A stretch of 64,000 bases of DNA from Vulcanimicrobiota bacterium (GTDB lineage Bacteria > Vulcanimicrobiota > Vulcanimicrobiia > Vulcanimicrobiales > Vulcanimicrobiaceae). Location of the stretch: positions 2,560,001-2,624,000 of the forward strand of contig OY968762.1 of NCBI GenBank assembly GCA_963695225.1, given 5' to 3'. Positions 56,502-64,000 of this stretch are shown one piece after another. The position numbers and the translations under genes were made by a program. A model generated the notes under the pieces. That model searched no databases. It saw only the letters and a program-made list of their open reading frames with translations, and had not been told where the DNA came from. Positions within the stretch are counted from its first letter, which is position 1. Each line of letters opens with the position of its first letter.

Positions 56502-57896
56502 TTGATCGCAACGTCGGAACCGGATGTCCTGATCGTCGGCGGCGGCCCTGCAGGGCTCGCTACTGCGAAGTATTTGGCCGACGCGGGGAAGAGCGCGCTC
56601 GTTCTCGAGAAGCGCCCCATCGCGGGCGGTATGCTTTCGTCTTGGCGCGACCGCGACGGCGATTGGCTCGAGAGCGGCCTGCATTCGCTGTTCGGCGGCT
56701 ACGATCGCGTCCACCAGCTGCTCGAGGACGTCGGAATCTCGGGCAACGTGCGCTGGCAGCCGCACACGCTCACGTTTGCGATGCCGCCGCATTTCAGCTC
56801 GCGCTTCAACGGCCAGCCGATCTTCGAAGAGTTCGAATTCGTCAACGCGCCCCATCCGCTTCACGGCGTCGGCGCGGTTCTCAAGGGAAAGTACGTCTTC
56901 AATACCGTTGAGAAGCTCCAGTTCGCCAAGGGGACGCTTCCGGTGCTGTTCGGCGATCACGACTACGCGGAACGGCAAGACGATCTGACATACGTCCAGT
57001 GGCACCGGATGCGAGGAATGAGCGAGCACATGCTCCGCACGTTCTTCGCGCCGATGGCGCTCGCGCTGAATTTCACGCCGGCGGATCGGATCTCGGCGGA
57101 AGCGATGCTGCGCGTCTTCGCGTATTTTGCCTCGAGCCGGAACGCGAGCAGGGCCGGCTTCCTCAACGGGCCGCCGTCCTTGATGCTGATCGAGCCGATC
57201 GTCGAACATTTGCGCAAGCGCGGCCAACGCGTCGAGATGGGCGCCGGTGCGGCAGAACTTCTGTTCGAGGGCGATCGCTGCGTCGGCGTACGGACGCGCG
57301 ACGGGCGCACGTTCGGCGGTAAGGTCGTCGTCTTCGCCGGAAGGGTCCACGATGCGGCGCGCCTGCTCCCGGCCGAGATGCTCCGCGACCCGCTCGTCGC
57401 GGGGATCGCGAAGCTCGAATCGAGCCCGGTCATCAACGCGCACCTCTGGTTCGACCGGAAGATCTCGCGATTCTCGAACCTCGTGTTCGGCGCGGGCACG
57501 CTGCTCCCGGTCCATGCCGACCTCGGCCAATCGACGAGCGGGTACGAATGGCCCGACCGCTCGTTCGTCGAGATCTGCGTTGCCCCGGCCGACGATCTTA
57601 TGAAGCTCGACGACGACGCGATCGTCGATCGTATCATGGACGACATGCTGCGCCTGTATCCGCTCGCCACGCGCGAGCACTTGGTCAAGGCGAAGCTCGT
57701 CCGCATTCCCAAGAGCGTCTATCGCGCGAGCCCCGGCGCCGAGCGCCTGCGGCCCGGCGTGCGTACGCCCGTGAAGAACCTGTTGCTGGCGGGATGTTAC
57801 ACGAACATGAAATTCCCGGCGAGCATCGAGGGGGCGACGCGCAGCGCTCAAATCGCGACCGACGCCGCGTTGGAGCTTCTCGGTGTTCGAGCGTAA
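56502..57896 (+). CDS. CrtP/CrtQ-type (PDS/ZDS-like) carotenoid desaturase
   Basis: GG..SSWRD.DGDW.ESGLH..FG.Y, EKLQFA, QD.LT...W.R, FF.PMA.ALNF, FLNG.P, ASIEGA..S. Confidence 0.82.
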   Translation: MIATSEPDVLIVGGGPAGLATAKYLADAGKSALVLEKRPIAGGMLSSWRDRDGDWLESGLHSLFGGYDRVHQLLEDVGISGNVRWQPHTLTFAMPPHFSSRFNGQPIFEEFEFVNAPHPLHGVGAVLKGKYVFNTVEKLQFAKGTLPVLFGDHDYAERQDDLTYVQWHRMRGMSEHMLRTFFAPMALALNFTPADRISAEAMLRVFAYFASSRNASRAGFLNGPPSLMLIEPIVEHLRKRGQRVEMGAGAAELLFEGDRCVGVRTRDGRTFGGKVVVFAGRVHDAARLLPAEMLRDPLVAGIAKLESSPVINAHLWFDRKISRFSNLVFGAGTLLPVHADLGQSTSGYEWPDRSFVEICVAPADDLMKLDDDAIVDRIMDDMLRLYPLATREHLVKAKLVRIPKSVYRASPGAERLRPGVRTPVKNLLLAGCYTNMKFPASIEGATRSAQIATDAALELLGVRA

Positions 57897-58779
57897 AGAA
57901 GTGCTCGAAGGCTGCGTCGAGCTGACCGCGGCGGGGACGCCCGAACTCGAGCAGGCATATCGCGCCTGCCGCGAGCTGACGAAGACTGCTTCGAAGACCT
58001 TCTACATGGCGTCGCTCTTCCTCGGCCCCGAGAAACGCCGGGCGATTTGGGCGATCTACGCGTTCTGCCGGACCGCCGACGACATCGTCGACCGGAACAC
58101 GCCCGCAGCGGCTCGCCTGGCCTCCATCGACGAGCTCGAGCGGAAGCTGATCGCGGCGGTGCACGGGTATGCGGTCGAGCCTATCTTCGTCGCCTATCAC
58201 GATGCGACGAAGAACTTCGACGTGCCGCTCGAGCCCGCGCTCGACCTGTTGCGCGGATTGCGGATGGACATCACGATCCGCCGCTATCCCACGTACGAGT
58301 CGCTGCTCGACTATTGCTATCACGTCGCGTCGACGATCGGGTTGCTCGTCGCGCCGGTGCTGGGCTATTCGAACGGCGCGCTCGAGTACGCGGTCGCGCT
58401 CGGCCGCGCGATGCAGTTGACGAACATCCTGAGGGACATCGGTGAGGACGCGCGCATGGGGCGCATCTACCTTCCCTCGGAGGATCTGGCGCGCTTCGGC
58501 TACTGTGAGAGCAACGTCTTCGAGGAGGTCATCGACGACTCGTTCGTCGCGCTCATGCAGTTCCAGATCGCGCGCGTCCGCAAACTGTATGCCTCCGCGG
58601 AGCCCGGAATCGCCCTGCTGGCTCCGGAAAGCCGCTACACGGTGCGGCTGGCGCTCGCGCTCTACTCGCGGATCTTGCGCGCAATCGAATTGAACCGGTA
58701 CGACGTGTTCGGCAAGCGCGCGTACGTCCCGTTCCGTTCGAAGGTCCTGACCGCGATGACCTTAGCGCTCGCGCGCTAA
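57883..58779 (+). CDS. crtB: Phytoene synthase
   Basis: SKTFY, AIYAFCRTADDIVD, YCYHVA, QLTNILRDIGEDA..GRIYLP. Confidence 0.93.
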   Translation: MFERKEVLEGCVELTAAGTPELEQAYRACRELTKTASKTFYMASLFLGPEKRRAIWAIYAFCRTADDIVDRNTPAAARLASIDELERKLIAAVHGYAVEPIFVAYHDATKNFDVPLEPALDLLRGLRMDITIRRYPTYESLLDYCYHVASTIGLLVAPVLGYSNGALEYAVALGRAMQLTNILRDIGEDARMGRIYLPSEDLARFGYCESNVFEEVIDDSFVALMQFQIARVRKLYASAEPGIALLAPESRYTVRLALALYSRILRAIELNRYDVFGKRAYVPFRSKVLTAMTLALAR

Positions 58780-58913
58780 CGAAAACGGGTACGCGCCGGG
58801 TCCGTCTGGCGACGCCCTTCGGGCTCGCGCTCGCCGTCGAGCGAGACGATACGGGCCTGGTCACCGCCTCGTTCGAACGTGCGTCGGCGGTCCGCGGGAA
58901 GATCGCCGACCCC

Positions 58914-59261
58914 ATGCTGGCGGAGGCTGCTTCGCAAGTCAACGCATACTTCAAGCGCCGCCTGCGTCGCTTCGATCTTCCGCTGTCGCTTGCGGGGACC
59001 GCACTCCAAATCGAAGCGTGGCGCGTGGTCGCGCAACTCGAGTTCGGGCAGCTCGTCGCATACTGCGATGTCGCGCGCGCGATCGGGCGGCCCGGAGCGC
59101 ATCGCGGCGTCGCCGCGGCGATGGTGCGCTCCCAACTCGCGTTGTTCGTCCCCGCGCATCGCGTGGTCGGGGCCGACGGCTCGCTGCGCGGGGCGGGGCC
59201 GGGGTCGATGCGGGCCCGATTGCTGGCCTTCGAACGGGGGGAGGCGCACGGCGATACTTAG
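58914..59261 (+). CDS. Ogt/MGMT-family protein with PAHRV (alkyltransferase-like)
   Basis: AYF....FDLPL...GT..Q..W, Y.DVA..IGRP.A.R.V, PAHRVV; frame is open further upstream, so the start is uncertain. Confidence 0.75.
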   Translation: MLAEAASQVNAYFKRRLRRFDLPLSLAGTALQIEAWRVVAQLEFGQLVAYCDVARAIGRPGAHRGVAAAMVRSQLALFVPAHRVVGADGSLRGAGPGSMRARLLAFERGEAHGDT

Positions 59262-59524
59262 GGGGATTAAGGCCCCCGCCGCAGAGAACATGAATCGCCA
59301 GCCCCGATCGCCCGCCCCGGCTCAGGGCAGAACAGAAGGGCTCGCTGAATCAGGGGAGACGCATGGGTCAATCGCTCGGGTCCCGGGAATTCGCTCCGGC
59401 GGAGGCACACTTAGCCCGGCTTTGGGGCGGAATGGCAGGGCTCTCTCGAACTTCGGTCCAAGCGCAGGGAGAGCGCCCTTTCCTTACTGTGGGCGTGTAC
59501 TTTCCTTCGAGGGCGGCTCAGTAG

Positions 59525-60208
59525 TTGGAACTGTTTTGGAGCCTTCCAAGCGTCTCACTGATCGCGGGCACGAACGATCGCTCGGTCGAGATGCTATTTG
59601 CCGGATCCCCCGTCCGTCGCTTCGACGAGGGTGGCCGGCTATCAGATCCCGACGCTCGGCCGGAAAGAACGTTCCTTTGCCTTAGTGGTACGCTCAAGGT
59701 GACGAAACTGCTGGCGAGCGGCCGTGAGATCTTGATCACGATCCTCCAGGCGGGTTCGATCTGGAGCGACCGCGCCGTTTTGAACGGATACTGGCGCGAC
59801 GTCTTCATCGAGACGATGGAACCGAGCGATATCGTTGCGATCGAGAACGCCGCGTTCGAAGATTATCTCCGTTCGCGTCCGGAACTCGTATCGAGTTTCA
59901 TGGTTCGCATCTCCGAGCAGGTCAGCGACGCGCTGACGCTGCTCGACGATTTCCGCGGCAGGGACGTCGCCTCGCGCCTGGCGAGCGTGCTGATCCGCTT
60001 CTCGAAGCAATATGGGGTCCCGACGGACGACGGGGTTCGCATCGACCTTCCGGTCACGCACCAGGACCTCGCAAACATGATCGGAACGGCGCGCGAAACG
60101 GTCTCTCGCAACATGGGGCGCTTTCGCAAGAAGGGCATGGTTCGAGAAGCCGAAGGGCACGCTTTGGAAATCGTCAATATCGGCGGATTAGAGTCCCTCA
60201 TCGTTTAG
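59525..60208 (+). CDS. Crp/Fnr-family regulator with CRP-like recognition helix
   Basis: GREILITIL, RDVASRLA, VTHQDLANMIGTARETVSR. Confidence 0.9.
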   Translation: MELFWSLPSVSLIAGTNDRSVEMLFAGSPVRRFDEGGRLSDPDARPERTFLCLSGTLKVTKLLASGREILITILQAGSIWSDRAVLNGYWRDVFIETMEPSDIVAIENAAFEDYLRSRPELVSSFMVRISEQVSDALTLLDDFRGRDVASRLASVLIRFSKQYGVPTDDGVRIDLPVTHQDLANMIGTARETVSRNMGRFRKKGMVREAEGHALEIVNIGGLESLIV

Positions 60209-60273
60209 GCCGCCCGCGCTGGGAGCGCATCCTCTGAGCTCGCCGAAGGGTGAGTTCGTCGAAGGCGCGGGGC

Positions 60274-60315
60274 GTGACAGCCATCACCGAGGGGGCTCGC
60301 GGCCGACGATACGAT
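60274..60315 (+). promoter_or_regulatory. CRP-type site + class II promoter for bchF-bchC-bchX
   Basis: cGTGAcagccaTCAC, 22 nt, TACGAT; GTG start 5 nt downstream. Confidence 0.72.
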
Positions 60316-60320
60316 CCTCT

Positions 60321-60812
60321 GTGGAGGCAGAACGCTTGCAGGACGCCGGTCAGCGCGCCATGCTCGCCCGCCGGGCGAAGAGTGTATGGACGAAGATCCA
60401 CCCCATATTCGCCATCGGGCAACTGCTGGTGTTCTTCGTGAGCGTCGGGTTGCTCATCGCGTATTTCCGGGGCGCGACCGATTTTTCGAACGTGCACTAC
60501 TCGGTGCTCTTGAAGATCGGGCTGATGGTCGGTGCGGTGATCACCGGCTCCCTCTGGGAGCACGACGTTTTCGGGCATTGGTGGTTTGCTCCGGAGTTCT
60601 TCGTCGAGGATGCCATGACGGCGTTCGTCTTCGCGACGCAGATCGCGTATCTGACGATCCACGCGGTCTATCCGGGAAACCAGAACCTGATCACGCAGAC
60701 GCTGATCGTCGCGTACGTCGTCTATTTGTGTAACGTCGCACAGTATATCCACCGCTGGCAGCGCATGAAGCAAGAGCGAGAACGGCTCAAGAACGTGAGG
60801 CCGGCCGCGTGA
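60321..60812 (+). CDS. bchF: 3-vinyl bacteriochlorophyllide hydratase (paralogue 2)
   Basis: RR.KSVWT.IHP.FA..Q, SVLLKI, ITGSLWE.DVFG.WWFAP.FF.ED. Confidence 0.92.
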   Translation: MEAERLQDAGQRAMLARRAKSVWTKIHPIFAIGQLLVFFVSVGLLIAYFRGATDFSNVHYSVLLKIGLMVGAVITGSLWEHDVFGHWWFAPEFFVEDAMTAFVFATQIAYLTIHAVYPGNQNLITQTLIVAYVVYLCNVAQYIHRWQRMKQERERLKNVRPAA

Positions 60813-61810
60813 GCGCGGTCCTCCCGGGCGGGCACGCCGCGCCGCCGCCGATGACGGCGAGCAGCGAGACGGTCCGCGCGGTGGTCTTCGCCGAAGCGGG
60901 GAAGCTCGAGATGCGCACGTTGCGCCTGCGCGAGCCCGCGCCGGACGAGGCGACCGTCGACACCCATTTCTCGTCGATCTCGGCCGGCACGGAGCGCCTG
61001 ATCTTCGGCGGCAAGCTCCCGGGCTTTCCCCACCTGCGCTTTCCGCTCGTCCCCGGCTACGAAGCCGCGGGGATCGTGAGTGCGGTCGGGCCGGACGTCT
61101 CGGGCATTCGCGTCGGCGACGCCGTCTTCGCCGGCGGGAGCATGTGCTATGTCGATGCGGCCGGCGTGTTCGGCGGGCAATCCTCGCGCTTGATCAAGAA
61201 GGCGGCCCAACTCGTCCCGCTCGACGGGATTCCGCTCGAACGGGCTCCGGTACTCGCGCTCGCGGCGACCTCGCTGCACGGCGTGCGGCGCCTCGGCGAC
61301 GTCTCCGGAAAGACGGTCGCCGTCTTGGGGATGGGCGCGATCGGCCAGCTCGCGGCGCGCTTCCTCGGCGCCGCAGGCGCCCGCGTCATCTGCGCCGACA
61401 CGCGGCCGGAGCGGTTGGATGCGTCTCTCGGCGAGCAGCACGATCTCTCCCAAGCTCCGCTCGACCGGTTCGTGCGCGACGCGGACGCCGTCATCGAGGC
61501 GACGGGCCTCTCGCCCATGATCGCGACCTGCGCGCGCGCTTGTAAGCCGGGCGGCAAGATCGTTCTGTTGTCGTATTATGACGAACTCGTAACATCATAC
61601 GTCGACTGCTTCGTAAAGGAAGTCGACCTCCTGGTTGCCAGAGAGTGGTCCCATCCCGATCTGTTGGCTGCGCGCGATGCCATCGCAGCCGGCACCATCG
61701 ACGTTCGCTCACTCGCCGAGCACGTCGTCCCCGTGGATGCCTACGAGCGAGCGTATCGAACCGCGTTCGAGGACCCCTCCGTCCTGAAGGTGATTCTCCG
61801 ATGGGTGTAA
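60809..61810 (+). CDS. bchC: 3-hydroxyethyl bacteriochlorophyllide a dehydrogenase
   Basis: SSISAGTERL..GK.P.FP...FPLVPGYE, VFGG.S, LALAAT..HG, AREW; between bchF and bchX. Confidence 0.92.
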   Translation: MSAVLPGGHAAPPPMTASSETVRAVVFAEAGKLEMRTLRLREPAPDEATVDTHFSSISAGTERLIFGGKLPGFPHLRFPLVPGYEAAGIVSAVGPDVSGIRVGDAVFAGGSMCYVDAAGVFGGQSSRLIKKAAQLVPLDGIPLERAPVLALAATSLHGVRRLGDVSGKTVAVLGMGAIGQLAARFLGAAGARVICADTRPERLDASLGEQHDLSQAPLDRFVRDADAVIEATGLSPMIATCARACKPGGKIVLLSYYDELVTSYVDCFVKEVDLLVAREWSHPDLLAARDAIAAGTIDVRSLAEHVVPVDAYERAYRTAFEDPSVLKVILRWV

Positions 61811-62787
61811 GCAAGAACTCTACCGTTGCGATCTACGGCAAAGGCGGCGCGGGCAAGTCGTTCCTGACCAGCGCGATCGCGAAGACGCTGACGGACCGCG
61901 GCAAGAACGTCCTGCAGATGGGCTGCGACCCCAAGCACGACAGCGTCGTGACGCACTTCGGCGGCGCGTTCATTCCGACGGTGCTCGGAACGTGGGCGCA
62001 ATTCCAGAAAGACGGCCGCGAGGAAGAGCTCGCTCCCGAACACATCATCTTCAAGGGTGAAGGCGTGTACTGCATCGAGCTCGGCGGGCCGGAATCCGCG
62101 CGCGGGTGCGGCGGACGCGGGATCACGTTCGGGTTCCAACTCCTCGAGAAGTGGGGCCTCTCGGAGTGGAACTTCAACTACATGCTGCTCGACTTTTTGG
62201 GCGACGTCGTCTGCGGCGGTTTCGGCACGCCGATTGCGCGTTCGATGGCCGACAAGTTGATCATCGTCTGCAGCAACGAAGGCCAGTCGATGTACGCCGC
62301 CAACAACATCGCGAACGCGGTCCGCTACTTCGCCGACCAGGGCGGGAAGACGCGCTGTCTCGGGCTGTTCGTCAACAAGGACGACGGCAGCGGGAAGGCC
62401 GCGAAGCTCGCCGAGTTCCTCGACGTGCCGGTCCTCGCTTCGTTGCCGATCATTCCACAGGATCAAGTGCGCGTCGACGGCGTTCTCAATCCGCTGATCT
62501 CGGCTGCCGTCGAGAAGGTGATCGACGCGATCGATAACCTGCCGGCGCGGTATCCGCAGTTCGTCGACTTTCACAAGTTCATGTGCCATCTGTCCGGGAA
62601 CGCGGCTGAGATGCAGGGCACGGCGGTCACCGGCGACGAGCTCTGGAGCTTGCCCGAGGTGGAGGCGATTCCGAACGGCGGGAAGTTCGACGAGCGCTAC
62701 ATCGAGAGCGAGGACGATGCCGACAAGCTTCTCGTGCCGACCGTAGTCAGCGCCGGAGGCTTCGCGGTCGCAGCAGCCGACTGGTAG
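61801..62787 (+). CDS. bchX: Chlorophyllide a reductase Fe protein subunit X
   Basis: AIYGKGG.GKSF, GCDPKHD, ELGGPE..RGCGGRGI, DFLGDVVCGGFG.PIAR, NKDDG. Confidence 0.9.
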   Translation: MGVSKNSTVAIYGKGGAGKSFLTSAIAKTLTDRGKNVLQMGCDPKHDSVVTHFGGAFIPTVLGTWAQFQKDGREEELAPEHIIFKGEGVYCIELGGPESARGCGGRGITFGFQLLEKWGLSEWNFNYMLLDFLGDVVCGGFGTPIARSMADKLIIVCSNEGQSMYAANNIANAVRYFADQGGKTRCLGLFVNKDDGSGKAAKLAEFLDVPVLASLPIIPQDQVRVDGVLNPLISAAVEKVIDAIDNLPARYPQFVDFHKFMCHLSGNAAEMQGTAVTGDELWSLPEVEAIPNGGKFDERYIESEDDADKLLVPTVVSAGGFAVAAADW

Positions 62788-62994
62788 CCGCTCCGCGAGG
62801 CGCAAGGCTTTCGGCTTGCCTCGGCAGTGCCGGGAGCAGGCAACGCCCCGTGCATTGCCTGTTCCCCGCACTGCCGTCTAAGTGCAACGGAGCGCGGCAC
62901 GTTCCGTTTCTAAAGAGCGATATCGGCTGAGTGCTGATTAGCGAGTCGTTGCGGCATTAGAGGTGCAGGAGAGCGGAATTGGGAGCGGTCGTTC

Positions 62995-64000
62995 GTGGTT
63001 GATGTCGTTCCGGCTCGTGCGCGGCTGGCGGGGGGCGCTAGCTCGCCGGTGCGGGCGGGGTATGCGGTCGGCGGCGATCCCTTCGTGCAGGCCGAGGGGC
63101 GCGGGGCGTATGCGTATGATGAGGCGGGGAACGCGTACGTCGATTACGTGATGGCCTACGGGCCGCTGTTGTTCGGGCACGCGCATCCCGAGTTCACGAG
63201 CGGCCTCGACGAGATCGCGCGGCGCGGGAGCGTGTTCGGGTCGACCACTCGGGAAGAAGAACGCCTTGCGGAGCGGATCGGGGGGCATCTCCCGTCCATC
63301 GAGGCGCTGCGGTTCGTGAGCACGGGGACCGAGGCGGTCATGAGCGCGGTGCGCGTCGCGCGCGCGTTCACGGGGCGCCCCCTGATCGCTCGCTTTGCGG
63401 GGAACTATCACGGGCACTTCGATCAGGCGCTGCTGGACGCGGGGGCTTCGGCGCTCCAGGGCGCGGGCGGCCGTAGCGGGATCCCGGAAGGGGTGCGGCG
63501 CGATACGCTCGTTGCGCGATTCAACGATCTCGAAGATTTCGACGGCAAGCTCGCGGGTCGGGAAGGCGAACTGGCGGCGATCCTCGTCGAACCCGTCGTT
63601 GGAAACATGGGTTTGGTGCTGCCCGAGGAGGGGTTCCTCGAGGGGCTCTTTGAGCGGGCGCGGGCTTGCGGCGCGCTTGTCGTGTTCGACGAGGTCATCA
63701 CGTGGCTGCGGCTGGGGCTTGGGGGCGGGCAGGGAGCCTGCGGGCTCCGCCCCGACCTCACGACGCTTGGAAAGATCATGGGAGCCGGCTTTCCCCTCGC
63801 GGCGTTCGGCGGGCGGGCCGACGTGATGGCGGCGCTGGCGCCGGTTGGCGCGGCCTTCACCGGGGGGACGTTCTCCGGGAATCCGTTCTGCGTGGCGATG
63901 GGGCACCGCATGCTCGACGCGATCGCAGCGCGGCCGCATCTGTACGCCGGGCTCGAGGCTTTGGCTCGCGCGCTCGCGGAGGGGTTACGGCGGATCTTCG
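62995..64000 (+). CDS. hemL: Glutamate-1-semialdehyde 2,1-aminomutase (partial, runs off window)
   Basis: GGASSPVRA, YVDYV..YGPLLFGHAHP, TGTEAVMSAVR.ARAFTGR, YHGH.D, EPVVGNMG, FDEVIT, LGKI; absent from ORF track because there is no stop in the window. Confidence 0.92.
   Translation, partial: MVDVVPARARLAGGASSPVRAGYAVGGDPFVQAEGRGAYAYDEAGNAYVDYVMAYGPLLFGHAHPEFTSGLDEIARRGSVFGSTTREEERLAERIGGHLPSIEALRFVSTGTEAVMSAVRVARAFTGRPLIARFAGNYHGHFDQALLDAGASALQGAGGRSGIPEGVRRDTLVARFNDLEDFDGKLAGREGELAAILVEPVVGNMGLVLPEEGFLEGLFERARACGALVVFDEVITWLRLGLGGGQGACGLRPDLTTLGKIMGAGFPLAAFGGRADVMAALAPVGAAFTGGTFSGNPFCVAMGHRMLDAIAARPHLYAGLEALARALAEGLRRIF

Noticed and set aside
59495..59527. In-frame TAG readthrough upstream of the Crp regulator
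   Set aside because: TTG at 59525 has a plausible GAGGG RBS and gives a normal-length protein; no other recoding evidence
61801..62787. nifH or bchL assignment
   Set aside because: GKSF, DFLGDVVCGGFG and NKDDG motifs and the bchF-bchC context indicate BchX; likewise 14170-17068 are BchY/Z, not NifDK or BchNB
1..64000. puhA, bchLNB, bchG, acsF/bchE, tRNA/rRNA genes, transposases
   Set aside because: No supporting motifs seen in this window; absence here says nothing about the rest of the genome

Overview
High-GC bacterial window dominated by an anoxygenic photosynthesis region. It has a type II reaction centre operon of the Chloroflexus/Roseiflexus-like kind (pufB-pufA-pufL-pufM-pufC, no puhA in the window), present in TWO almost identical copies (22.5-26.5 kb and 51.1-55.0 kb). 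Each copy sits in a larger, older duplicated block that also carries five small uncharacterised genes: a 39-aa TM peptide, two 'PYYYGGYPGPP' signal-peptide TM proteins, a 41-aa TM peptide and a 143-aa soluble protein. Pigment genes are scattered around them: bchY-bchZ, bchP, bchI-bchD-bchH, two bchF paralogues, bchF-bchC-bchX, a crtP-like desaturase with crtB, and a partial hemL. The combination fits a phototrophic Vulcanimicrobiota (Eremiobacterota/WPS-2)-type genome, but this is an inference. Reading the intergenic DNA shows two promoter classes: GTA-N8-TAC-N22/23-TAN3T (NtcA-type) before the structural genes and GTG-N8-CAC-N22-TAN3T (CRP-type) before the pigment operons. The cluster also encodes Crp-family regulators with the matching recognition helices (RVTVTR and RETVSR). 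The left part holds housekeeping and accessory genes (msrA, metalloprotease, folP, higBA, folK-folE2 fusion, glycosyltransferases, Mrp). A ~150-bp MITE/REP-like repeat family occurs at least five times. All protein calls come from motifs recognised by eye; no database search was run.
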